Shown here: positions 48,901-57,333 of the stretch, piece after piece
How the letters are laid out: the number at the start of each line of letters is the position of its first letter
Position numbering within the stretch: position 1 is the first letter of the stretch
Origin: Trueperaceae bacterium
GTDB taxonomy: Bacteria > Deinococcota > Deinococci > Deinococcales > Trueperaceae
DNA: 64,000 nucleotides
Reading direction: 5' to 3'
Assembly (NCBI GenBank): GCA_965213925.1
Contig: OZ243927.1
Coordinates: forward strand, 1,152,001 to 1,216,000
Position numbers and translations under genes: made by a program
Notes under the pieces: generated by a model
What the model was told of the DNA's origin: nothing
The model's input: only the letters and a program-made list of their open reading frames with translations
The model's database searches: none

Positions 48901-51795
48901 GACGACAGGCTCCCCGCCGACTGGCCGCCCGTCCCTGCAGGCTACGCCAACGCCGCCGAGTGCGACTTCCGCAACCCTGGCGAGACCGACGGCGCACTCG
49001 CGACCTTCGGCGCGTCGACCAACGGCATCACCGAGTACACCGCCTCGAACTTCGGCGGCGCGCTTCAAGGCTCACTCCTCACGGCGAGCTTCGACGGCAA
49101 AATCTACCAAGCTGACCTCAACAGCGCGGGCGACAGCGCCGACATGTCGACCTTCGCCTCGGGCTTCGGCAGCCAACCCCTCGACGTGACCGCGTTGGGC
49201 GACGACGGTCCCTTCCCCGGCACGGTCTGGGCGGCGACCTATGGTGCGAACAACATCACCGTGTTCGAACCCGCCGACTACGGCACCACCTCGGGCGGCG
49301 GGAGTGGCGGGGGCGGCACCCTCGATCCGAACTGCCAGACGACCGCGGCGAACAACCTCAGCGGTGACGAGGACAACGACGGTTACAGCAACGGCGACGA
49401 GATCGACAACGAAACCAACCCCTGCAGCGGAGCCAGCAAGCCCGCCGACTACGACAACGACAAGGTCTCCGACGCCAACGACGCGGACGACGACAACGAC
49501 GGCATCGAGGACGTAAACGACGCCTTCGCGCTCGACGCGGACAACGGCACCGAGACGAGCCTCCCCTACACCAACGAACTCTTCAACGACCAGAGTATGG
49601 GCTTCTTCAGCACTGGCTTGACCGGTCTGATGACGAACGGCACGACGGACTACTTAGGGCAATTCGACCCGGTCGAACTCGTCGCGGGCGGCACCTCCGG
49701 GTTACTCACCGTCCAGTCGGTCACCGAGGGCGACAGCTGGCAGGGCAACAACACGCAAGACAACGCCTTCCAGCTAGGCGTCGACGTCAGCGAAGCGACG
49801 GGTCCTTTCACCGCGATGGTGCAGATTAACGGCGACTTCTTCGACAACGACGCGCCTAAGAACTACCAGTCACAGGGGATGTTCATCGGCACGGGCGACC
49901 AGGACAACTACCTCAAAGTGGTGCTGCGCGGCAACAACGGAACGAACGGTTTCCAGGTCGCGTTCGAAGATGGCGGCAACAACAAAGTCGACACCAAGAC
50001 CACCGTCGACGGTGTTTTAGACGCAGACAACATCCAACTCTACATCAGCGTCGACCCTGTCGCTGGCACCGCCCAGCCTAAGTACGCGCTTAATGGCGGC
50101 GCGGTAACTAACTTAGGTACGCCCATCACGCTCTCTGGCGACTTGCTGGACGCGGTCAAGGGCACCTATACGGTGAACGGCAAAGCCTCCGCGCTCGCGG
50201 TCGGCATCATCTCGACCTCGACGAACTCGGGCGACCCCTTCATCGCCACCTGGGACAAGATCATCGTCACAAAAGACGCGCCCCAAGTAGCGGCGAACCC
50301 GCAAGCGCTCGTCGAGGTGACACCTAACTCGAACAAGCTCGACGCCTCAACTTACGGCTCAAACTCCTTCAAGATCACCAACATAGGTGATACGAAGATC
50401 ACGAGCGTCACCTTCGACACGACCTCGGCCCTCTTCCCTGACCTCGCCTTCGACCCCGTCGGCGGGGCGGGGGACAAAACGGCGAAGTGCCTCACTAAAA
50501 ACGATGACGACGGCGTTGGTCTCTTGACCGACGCGCCGGGCGGCTCCTCGAGCGGCTGCACGGACGGCTTTAGCGGCGCGTTCGGTGGCGGCTACGCCGT
50601 GCTCACACTGGACTTCGGCGACTTTGAGCCAGGCGAGACCTTAGGCTTCTCCGTCGACATGGACCCGACCAGCACCAAGGGTAGCTCCTCGCCGGGTGCG
50701 AACCACGCGGGCAGCGTGTCGGGGTTGGAGCTTTCGGGCTCGAGCGTCACCATCACCTTCGCAAACGGCAGCACCTTGTCGGGCTCGCTCTTCGGGGACG
50801 GTACCCTAGCAGGCGCAAACGCGACAATCAAAGCCGACGCGCCCGCCAAACCAACGCTCAATACGTCGTTCACACCTAACGCGACGACCAGTGTTGCAAG
50901 TCAGACCGTCACCGTATCCGGTGTTCCTGCGGGCGCAACGGTCAAGCTCTTGCAAGTCGAGGGCGGTTTATTCGAGCAGACCAGCCCGGCGGTCTCCCTC
51001 TTCGACGTTGACGCTTTTGAAGCGAACAGTGCTGTAAAAGTGACGTACCTCTCCAAGAGCGCCTTCGGCGGCAGCGCGACGTTTAACGTCACGTTGAGCG
51101 AAAGCAGCGACGACTTAAATCCAAATAATGGTACGCCCTACAGCACCCAAGACATCGGGCTCAACCACTTCATCGCCGCGATTCAGGATGCCGACGGCGA
51201 CGTCAGCGTCACTTCTGATGTCAAGGTCGTGCGTTACGACCCGGCGACAGCCTCCTCACCGACTGTCCTCTACCGCGTGAACAACGGCGGCGCAGCCATC
51301 GCCGACGCGGAACTCGAGTGGTCAGCCGATCAGTCGGTTAGCAATACGGGGGGTGCGGCCTCTAAAGGCACGCCCTCGCCCTACCTCGATTTGAGCACGG
51401 GTTTCGATAAAACCTACGGTCCCAACTCCTTCACCATCGACAACAGCACCGGAGCACCCGACACGCTCTTCGCCACCGAACGTTACAGCGACGCAGCGAA
51501 CCCCAACAACATGCACTGGGACTTCCCGGTGAGTAACGGAACCTACGAAGTGCGCCTCTACTTTGCCGAGAACTGGTCCGGGGCGGCGAAAGCCGGCGTG
51601 CGTGTGTTCGACGTAGAAGTCGAAGGTGCGCTCGAGCTTGATGACTACGACGTCTACGTGGCGGCTGGCAACAGCATCAACAAAGCCGTCGTTGAAACCT
51701 TCAACGTAACGGTTTCGGACGGAAACCTGGACATCGACTTTATCAAAGGCGCGCAAAACCCAGCCGTTAAAGGCATCGAGATCGTCAAACCCTAA
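45997..51795 (+). CDS. Giant lipoprotein: cohesin-like, dockerin, malectin, ASH/Ig, beta-propeller-like, Asp-rich Ca repeats, lectin-like, unknown domain, malectin
   Basis: Lipobox LLVAC (Cys26); LSYDPAALEY..LAFVTFKVK; GDV..NSVDAL..ADLDTSGTVNSIDA; RINAGG..YTVKLHFAEIYF..KRVFSV; LDFGSV..VTLTN; NPTSLQFGPDGRLYV; DxDNDG repeats; YEVRLYFAE..RVFDV. Confidence 0.88.
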   Translation: MSHHLSPRSLRASLSFLGLLLLLVACGRGGPSGEYLTTYFEVPAGTAALDATLSYDPAALEYLGAASTQEQVMVEANAHAERVKLASITLSPEGKRLAFVTFKVKQGGSEPSLQSASAYTSAGTPLGRVTVRSERSEQDLAANYRTPASLTSQAVSAQDLDLQASFAERLLGDVIPDNDSNPSNDLNSVDALGVLQLAAGALSAPSDLQLYLADLDTSGTVNSIDAQISLLKAADGDLDATLRATPDALQLEVGETGLILAGNAGNAPLTLALPQVDGVTITQVGGIANQTAAYEVTPGSEAKSGLIVLDAGSAGRRSVGLLVSGEPMPTFEPIRINAGGKQYTDTSGNIWSADQHFNGGQNWPSTPKNEPIANTENDELYQTERSASKDLGTFSYDIPVGSGSYTVKLHFAEIYFGATNSPSGPGGAGKRVFSVDIEGQSDLSGYDINADVGPSTAVVKTFPNVSVTDGALSLDFSASVNRPKISAIEILSAEPTPGKLSASSSSLDFGSVVTGSSKTQSVTLTNLGESGDTSIAISSVSVGGAFSTDFASTTLAPGASTSFDVTFAPTSTGNQSAQLKVVHDAPNTASPITITLSGEGASDSVPTEPSFNSSGLAGESSSNPTSLQFGPDGRLYVAQQNGTIYAYTVERDGANDYKVVDTEAINHIKNIPNHNDDGTNSGVNNRQVTGIYVTGTASNPVLYVSSSDPRIGAGSGGGDKGLDTNSGVVSRLTWTGSSWSHVDLVRGLPRSEENHASNGLQLDEVNNILYLAQGGHTNAGAPSNNFAFSTEYALAAAILSIDLNAIGNTTYDLPTLDDPTRDNLADGSDPGDPFGGNDGLNQAKLVPGGPVQIYSPGYRNAYDLVITQAGRMYTVDNGANGGWGGHPAGEADVPNETTIGSCTNEYLSGEPGSKGTGPGGDSKVNNKDNLHLVTADFYAGHPTPVRGNPTGAGLYLDNPYFKGWLEPGDDRLPADWPPVPAGYANAAECDFRNPGETDGALATFGASTNGITEYTASNFGGALQGSLLTASFDGKIYQADLNSAGDSADMSTFASGFGSQPLDVTALGDDGPFPGTVWAATYGANNITVFEPADYGTTSGGGSGGGGTLDPNCQTTAANNLSGDEDNDGYSNGDEIDNETNPCSGASKPADYDNDKVSDANDADDDNDGIEDVNDAFALDADNGTETSLPYTNELFNDQSMGFFSTGLTGLMTNGTTDYLGQFDPVELVAGGTSGLLTVQSVTEGDSWQGNNTQDNAFQLGVDVSEATGPFTAMVQINGDFFDNDAPKNYQSQGMFIGTGDQDNYLKVVLRGNNGTNGFQVAFEDGGNNKVDTKTTVDGVLDADNIQLYISVDPVAGTAQPKYALNGGAVTNLGTPITLSGDLLDAVKGTYTVNGKASALAVGIISTSTNSGDPFIATWDKIIVTKDAPQVAANPQALVEVTPNSNKLDASTYGSNSFKITNIGDTKITSVTFDTTSALFPDLAFDPVGGAGDKTAKCLTKNDDDGVGLLTDAPGGSSSGCTDGFSGAFGGGYAVLTLDFGDFEPGETLGFSVDMDPTSTKGSSSPGANHAGSVSGLELSGSSVTITFANGSTLSGSLFGDGTLAGANATIKADAPAKPTLNTSFTPNATTSVASQTVTVSGVPAGATVKLLQVEGGLFEQTSPAVSLFDVDAFEANSAVKVTYLSKSAFGGSATFNVTLSESSDDLNPNNGTPYSTQDIGLNHFIAAIQDADGDVSVTSDVKVVRYDPATASSPTVLYRVNNGGAAIADAELEWSADQSVSNTGGAASKGTPSPYLDLSTGFDKTYGPNSFTIDNSTGAPDTLFATERYSDAANPNNMHWDFPVSNGTYEVRLYFAENWSGAAKAGVRVFDVEVEGALELDDYDVYVAAGNSINKAVVETFNVTVSDGNLDIDFIKGAQNPAVKGIEIVKP
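46049..46953 (+). repeat. 905-bp direct repeat, copy 1 (lipobox-cohesin-dockerin-Ig cassette)
   Basis: Matches 51931-52835 (offset 5882). 46049-46673 identical by eye; about 12 mismatches after that. Confidence 0.95.
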
Positions 51796-51803
51796 TTCAC
51801 GCC

Positions 51804-51835
51804 TAGAGACCGTTAGATAAGCTCGGCGGTCTCTA
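51804..51835 (+). other. Intergenic stem-loop without U-tract
   Basis: TAGAGACCG ... CGGTCTCTA, extendable with G-U pairs. Confidence 0.7.
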
Positions 51836-51893
51836 CCTACAACCTCTACATTCGAAGCCAACCCACCTCGTTCATCTTCGTAAAGGAAAGACT

Positions 51894-54800
51894 ATGTACC
51901 GACGAAACCTCACGCTCACCCTAACGATAAGCCTTCTCCTCCTCCTCGTCGCCTGCGGTCGGGGCGGACCTTCTGGGGAGTACCTGACGACCTACTTCGA
52001 AGTGCCAGCAGGCACCGCCGCCTTAGACGCCACCTTGAGCTATGACCCAGCAGCCCTCGAGTACCTAGGCGCAGCCTCAACCCAAGAGCAGGTCATGGTC
52101 GAAGCGAACGCCCACGCCGAGCGCGTCAAGCTCGCTAGCATCACCCTCAGCCCCGAAGGAAAACGCCTCGCCTTCGTGACCTTCAAGGTCAAACAGGGCG
52201 GCAGCGAGCCTAGCTTACAAAGCGCCTCTGCCTACACCTCAGCAGGCACGCCTCTAGGCAGGGTCACCGTGCGCAGCGAGCGCAGCGAACAAGACCTCGC
52301 CGCAAACTACCGCACCCCTGCAAGCCTCACCTCGCAAGCGGTGTCCGCACAAGACTTAGACCTCCAAGCCTCCTTCGCCGAACGCTTACTCGGCGACGTC
52401 ATTCCCGATAACGACAGCAACCCCAGCAACGACCTCAACTCGGTGGACGCCTTAGGCGTCTTGCAGCTCGCAGCAGGTGCACTCAGCGCGCCAAGCGACC
52501 TGCAGCTCTACCTCGCCGACCTCGACACGAGCGGCACGGTCAACTCTATAGACGCGCAAATCTCCCTTCTTAAAGCAGCAGATGGCGACCTCGACGCCAC
52601 CTTGCGGGCGACGCCTGACGCCTTACAACTCGAAGTGGGCGAGACCGGGCTGATCTTAGCGGGCAACGCGGGCAACGCGCCCTTGACGCTCGCTCTGCCG
52701 CAGGTGGACGGCGTGACGATCACGCAAGTCGGAGGCATTGCGAACCAGACGGCGGCTTATGAAGTGACGCCTGGTAGTGCGGCGCAGAGTGGGCTGATTG
52801 TACTCGATGCGGGGAGTGCGGGGCGTAGAAGCGTCACGATGCTCGTCAAAGATGCACCCTCGAGCCTACCGACCATCACCCTCACCACGCCCGCTGACGG
52901 CGCGACGCTGACAGGCGACTCCGTCGACCTCTTCTGGAACATCGAGCTTTTAGAGTCCGACGACCACGTCCACGTCTACGTCGACGGCGAGAAGAAAGAG
53001 GGCTCGGTCGACCCGAAAGCGCCTTACACGCTCGACTTCGCGGATAAGAACATCGAGCCGGGTCAGCGCGTGCTCGAGGTGCGCGTGTCCGACGCACTCC
53101 ATACCGAATACACCAACCCCAAAGCGTCCGACAGCATCACGGTAACGCTCGAGGCTGCTCCTGCCACCGGCGACGTACTCTACCGCGTGAACGCAGGCGG
53201 ACCCGAACTCGCTGCAGCGGACGGCTCTGCGCCCGCCTGGAGCAAGGACAGCACCGCGGCGGTCGGCAGCACGAACGCCTCTCCCTACCTCACCGCTGGT
53301 GACGCTAAACTCTATAATGACGGTATCGGAAGCGCCTACAAGGGTGACGTCACCATGTCCTCGACTCTTCCCGCGAGCGTGCCGAGTGCTCTTTTCAGCA
53401 CCGAGCGCTACGACCCCGCATCGCCTGAAGAGATGGCGTGGGCGTTCCCGGTCGCCGTCAACCAAACCGTTGAAGTGCGCCTCTTCTTCGCCGAAATCTT
53501 CTCCGGCGTAGACGCAGCAGGTCAGCGCGTCTTCGACGTGGCGGTCGAGGGAGACGTTCCGCCAGCTTTTAACGACATCGACCCCTTCGCAACCGCGGGC
53601 GCTAAAGGTGCCTTCATGCGCTCACACACGCTCACAGTGACGGACGGAACGTTGAATATCGACTTCTTGCACGACGTTATCGAAAACCCTGCGATTAAAG
53701 GCATCGAGATCGTCACAAGTGACGGCAGCGCGAGCAACGTACCGCCGCAAGTCCAGACCATCCCCAATCAGACGAGCGTCGAAGGCGACGGCACCGAGGA
53801 CTACCTCTTGAGCATCTCCGCGAACGACGCCGACAACGGTCCAAGCAACTTGACGTATAGCGCGACGGGACTGCCGTCCGGCGTTCAGGTCGAGCCGACG
53901 AACGGACAGATTTTCGGAACGATCGCCGCAGGCGCAGCCGCGAACAGCCCCTACACCGTGACGGTCACGGTCAGTGACGGCGCGAACATCGACCAGACGT
54001 CGTTCACTTGGGCGGTCTCCGAAACCGCGAGCGGTAACCCCGCCGCGCTCATCAAAGTCAACGCGAACGCCGGTCTCTTCGCGAGTACTTACGGCGACAA
54101 CTCGTTTCAGATCAGTAATACGGGCGACAGCAACATTGAACGCATTACCATCAACGCGAGCACCTCGTTCCTACCCGACGTTGTCTTCGACCCGGTCGGC
54201 AAAGCGGGCGACAATGGCGCGAAGTGCTTGACGACAGGTTCGGCTGGCAACACGGCCGCTCAAGTCGGGCTCATCTACCCGGCGAATGGTGGCAGCGACG
54301 CCGCGGACTGCGTGGACCCCTTCTCCGAGCCTCATAACGGTGCGAACGACGAAGAAGGTTACGACAAGCTCGACCTCGTCTTCACGGCGGGCGACGGCTT
54401 TAACCCAGGCGAGTCCTTCGCCTTCGGCGTGGACATGGACCCCACCAGCATTAAGGGTGACGGGAGCACGGGCGATGCGGGCTCGATCTCCGGCTTCGAG
54501 TTGATCGGCGCAACCGTCACCGTCGAATTTGCGAACGGCACCGTGACCTCGAGCCTCTGGGAAGAAGGCAGCTCAGGCGGCTCCCAAGTGGTCGTCGCAC
54601 CTGGCGCACCTAGCAGCCTAGTCATAAGCGCGGCGAACGTCAGCGGTAGCCAAGCAGAGGTTAGTGGCGCGGCGCAGACCATCACCCTGAGTGGACCTGC
54701 AAATGCAACGGTCACGCTCCTACGCGCGGACGCTCGCCTCTACATCGACGCGGGCGGGGGCGGCTACGACATTGACCCCTTCGAAGCTAACGAAGTGCTC

Positions 54801-55640
54801 GCTAAGCAGCTCTACACCACAACGCTAAACGGCAGCGGTAACGGCAGCGTCAACGTCACGCTGACACAGACCTCGAGCCCCAACGCCGGACCAGACGCCG
54901 GGCTCAACCACTTTATCGCCGTCGCCAAAGGCAGCGGCGCGCAGACCAGTCTCACCTCGAACGTCATCGTGTTGGACTACAGACCGGAAACGGGCGGCAC
55001 AGAGGGCGACGACGCCTCGGGCGCGTTCGTTGAAGAGAACGGTTTAGTGGTTATCGAGATGGAGTCGGGCAACTTCCCTAGCGGCTGGGCGTCCGAAACG
55101 GTGTTCTCAAACTTCACGGGCAGCAGCTACTTGCGCTATGACGGCAACAACCACTTCAACAACCCTGGCGTTGACGTGATCACGTACAAGGTCAACATCA
55201 CTAAAACTGGAACGTACCGCTTCCAGTGGCGCAGCGCCTTCGGCGCAGGCAACAACGGCACAGAGCATAACGACTCGTGGCTCAAGATCGAGTCGGACAG
55301 CTTCTACGGCAAGCAAGGTTCTGGCATCGTCTGCCCCAAAGGGTATAACTCTAGCGAGAATAGCTGCGTCGGCTCAGCGCCAGAGGGCGGCGGCGGCGGC
55401 GGCTGGTTCAAGGTCTACCGCAGCGGCGGCAGCGTGGGGTCGTGGTCGTGGACAGCCAACACGAGCGACAACGACGCCCACCAGATTTACGCCGACTTTA
55501 GCGCTCCCGGCACCTACACCATCTCGGTGAGCGGACGCTCGGCGGAGCACGCGGTCGACCGCATGGTGCTCTACCACAGCTCAGTGAACGGCGGCGCGGC
55601 GACCAGCCTGAGCAACCCCGAGTCACCTCGCGAACAGTAA
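51894..55640 (+). CDS. Large lipoprotein: cohesin-like, dockerin, Ig, malectin, putative Ig, unknown domain, C-terminal carbohydrate-binding-like domain
   Basis: Same N-terminal cassette as 45997; YRVNAGG..VEVRLFFAEI..RVFDV; LTYSATGLPSGVQVEPTNGQIFGT; GAFVEENGLVVIEMES. Confidence 0.88.
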   Translation: MYRRNLTLTLTISLLLLLVACGRGGPSGEYLTTYFEVPAGTAALDATLSYDPAALEYLGAASTQEQVMVEANAHAERVKLASITLSPEGKRLAFVTFKVKQGGSEPSLQSASAYTSAGTPLGRVTVRSERSEQDLAANYRTPASLTSQAVSAQDLDLQASFAERLLGDVIPDNDSNPSNDLNSVDALGVLQLAAGALSAPSDLQLYLADLDTSGTVNSIDAQISLLKAADGDLDATLRATPDALQLEVGETGLILAGNAGNAPLTLALPQVDGVTITQVGGIANQTAAYEVTPGSAAQSGLIVLDAGSAGRRSVTMLVKDAPSSLPTITLTTPADGATLTGDSVDLFWNIELLESDDHVHVYVDGEKKEGSVDPKAPYTLDFADKNIEPGQRVLEVRVSDALHTEYTNPKASDSITVTLEAAPATGDVLYRVNAGGPELAAADGSAPAWSKDSTAAVGSTNASPYLTAGDAKLYNDGIGSAYKGDVTMSSTLPASVPSALFSTERYDPASPEEMAWAFPVAVNQTVEVRLFFAEIFSGVDAAGQRVFDVAVEGDVPPAFNDIDPFATAGAKGAFMRSHTLTVTDGTLNIDFLHDVIENPAIKGIEIVTSDGSASNVPPQVQTIPNQTSVEGDGTEDYLLSISANDADNGPSNLTYSATGLPSGVQVEPTNGQIFGTIAAGAAANSPYTVTVTVSDGANIDQTSFTWAVSETASGNPAALIKVNANAGLFASTYGDNSFQISNTGDSNIERITINASTSFLPDVVFDPVGKAGDNGAKCLTTGSAGNTAAQVGLIYPANGGSDAADCVDPFSEPHNGANDEEGYDKLDLVFTAGDGFNPGESFAFGVDMDPTSIKGDGSTGDAGSISGFELIGATVTVEFANGTVTSSLWEEGSSGGSQVVVAPGAPSSLVISAANVSGSQAEVSGAAQTITLSGPANATVTLLRADARLYIDAGGGGYDIDPFEANEVLAKQLYTTTLNGSGNGSVNVTLTQTSSPNAGPDAGLNHFIAVAKGSGAQTSLTSNVIVLDYRPETGGTEGDDASGAFVEENGLVVIEMESGNFPSGWASETVFSNFTGSSYLRYDGNNHFNNPGVDVITYKVNITKTGTYRFQWRSAFGAGNNGTEHNDSWLKIESDSFYGKQGSGIVCPKGYNSSENSCVGSAPEGGGGGGWFKVYRSGGSVGSWSWTANTSDNDAHQIYADFSAPGTYTISVSGRSAEHAVDRMVLYHSSVNGGAATSLSNPESPREQ
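51931..52835 (+). repeat. 905-bp direct repeat, copy 2
   Basis: Near-identical to 46049-46953. Confidence 0.95.
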
Positions 55641-55660
55641 AACGACGCCTTCACACTTTG

Positions 55661-55696
55661 ACCTCTCTCCTCGAGTCAGGAGAGAGGTTCTCTTTT
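55661..55696 (+). terminator. Intrinsic terminator of the lipoprotein operon
   Basis: ACCTCTCTCCT-cgagtc-AGGAGAGAGGT followed by TCTCTTTT. Confidence 0.8.
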
Positions 55697-55778
55697 GGCT
55701 GGCTACCCTGCCTCCGCGCCTCACCTTCCACGTAAACTCACGCCCCACGCTAAGGCCTCTTGCGTGATAGCGTTTGGT

Positions 55779-56048
55779 ATGAAGAATCATGTTTTCGTCT
55801 GCTTCGGCAAGAGCTGCGTTAAGCGCGGCGCGAGAGAGGTCGCGGAGACCTTGCGCGACGAGTTTGGGCGCGAGGGCGTTCAGACCGACGTGCACCGCCA
55901 CACCTGTTTCGACCTCTGCAAAAGGTCTTGCAACGTGATGCTCGAGGTTGGCGACGAGAGGCGCATCTATACGAACATTCACCCTAAAACTGCCTACAAG
56001 ACGGCGGGGCAGATGATCGAAGGGCTCGAGCCAGAAGTTGCTGCTTAG
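55779..56048 (+). CDS. Thioredoxin-like (2Fe-2S) ferredoxin
   Basis: HVFVCFGKSC and TCFDLC cysteine pattern; start trimmed to ATG 55779. Confidence 0.8.
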   Translation: MKNHVFVCFGKSCVKRGAREVAETLRDEFGREGVQTDVHRHTCFDLCKRSCNVMLEVGDERRIYTNIHPKTAYKTAGQMIEGLEPEVAA

Positions 56049-57157
56049 CGCTCCGTTTTGCGGATGAGGCTCTCCGCCTCGAGCTTCTCTACATGCGGTC
56101 TCAAGTCGCTCGGCTCTACGCTGAGCGAGCGGGCGACGTCCGCCACCGTGGAGCGGCGGGCGAGTTGCGTCAGCGTCTGCCGTCCGGTGCGTCCGAAGTC
56201 GCGCTCGAAGCGCATGGCGAGTTCGGTCATGGGGTTGAGGGCGTCGCGCCCGCGCAGCGTGAGGTAGTAGCGCTGCTCCTCCCAGCCCGGCGGCTCGCTC
56301 GGCAGATGCAAGCCGGGCGTGCTGTAGGCGGGCGTGTAGAAGCCTAAGTCGTCTCTCAAGACTTCGGCGGTGTGCGCGATGAAGAGGATAGGGAGGCCGG
56401 CGCTGTAGTAGGTGTAGCCCACCGAGGACACCTCGACGCCGTTGCGCTGCTCGCCGCCCTCGCGCTGCTCAGTTTGCGACATTCCAAGGAGGCTGGCGCA
56501 GATTAGCGGAGGGAGGGCGCGCAGCTCGAGCCAAGCCTCACCCCTACCCTCCCGAGGCTGCGCGAACCTCTGGTCAGAAAGCTGCAGCGTCGCCCTGAGC
56601 GCACCGCTACCCCAAGAGGTAGCCGTCTCCGTCCTCTTCCCTTCAGCATCTCTATAAGCTTCATGAAACGCCGCGCCGATGCGCCCGCTGAAGAAGAGCA
56701 TGACGCCCTCTTGACGTTCTTGCTCCCGAGTCTTGACCGCGAGTGTGCCGGTGAAACGCTCCTGGGCGAGCCGCGCGACGAGGGCTCTGAGATCCGTGTC
56801 GTGAAGGCTCAGCCGTTGGCTGCCGAGCGCGGGCAGCGCGCGGAGCACGGCGGCGCTGCTGCGGGGAAAATGGCTGCCGAACTGTGGAAGCGTGTCCGCA
56901 CCGGCGCGGTGGGCGTAGAAGGTGAACGAGAGGTCTGAGGCGCTCAGCTCGAGCGCCTCGCCGAGCGCAAAGTCGCGGTGCTGCCCGCCCTTCCAAAGCC
57001 CTAGCCAGTAGCGCGTGTCGTGGGGGCTGTCTGAGGCGGGGATGGGTTGCTCGAGCAGCAAAGTTCCCGACGCCCGCATTATTTCCAACGCCTGCAGCGC
57101 TCCGTAGCCCGACTGATTCCCGAGCGAGCCGCGCACAGGCTGATTCGACTTCACCAC
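56045..57157 (-). CDS. Hypothetical protein with C-terminal HTH-like region
   Basis: ERFTGTLAV..GVMLFFSGRI central domain and C-terminal TVADVARSL..VEKLEAESLI. Start uncertain. Confidence 0.6.
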   Translation of the reverse strand: MVKSNQPVRGSLGNQSGYGALQALEIMRASGTLLLEQPIPASDSPHDTRYWLGLWKGGQHRDFALGEALELSASDLSFTFYAHRAGADTLPQFGSHFPRSSAAVLRALPALGSQRLSLHDTDLRALVARLAQERFTGTLAVKTREQERQEGVMLFFSGRIGAAFHEAYRDAEGKRTETATSWGSGALRATLQLSDQRFAQPREGRGEAWLELRALPPLICASLLGMSQTEQREGGEQRNGVEVSSVGYTYYSAGLPILFIAHTAEVLRDDLGFYTPAYSTPGLHLPSEPPGWEEQRYYLTLRGRDALNPMTELAMRFERDFGRTGRQTLTQLARRSTVADVARSLSVEPSDLRPHVEKLEAESLIRKTER

Positions 57158-57239
57158 CTCTTGCTCACCTTATTCCCGTACTGTCTATTTCGCTAGAGAG
57201 TCCCTCAACTAAGAACATTGTTATCAAAATACTAACCCA

Positions 57240-57303
57240 TGTCATTTTGAATGAAACGAGGTGGAATGAAGAATCTTGTCCCCTCGACAGGCTCGGGGTG
57301 ACA
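57240..57303. repeat. Short REP-like palindrome related to 42380-42578
   Basis: TGTCATTTTGAA..GAAGAATCT..CCCTCGACAGGCTCGGGGTGACA; TGTCA/TGACA ends. Confidence 0.5.
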
Positions 57304-57333
57304 ACAGTGTTGCAGAATTTAGTTGACAGTGTA

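Noticed and set aside
46049..52835. 905-bp repeat as a diversity-generating retroelement TR/VR pair
   Set aside because: The mismatches are not adenine-specific and are mostly synonymous, both copies are coding, and there is no reverse transcriptase in the window.
43630..55640. A true cellulosome
   Set aside because: No glycoside hydrolase catalytic module or multi-cohesin scaffoldin was recognised; only the docking modules resemble cellulosomes.
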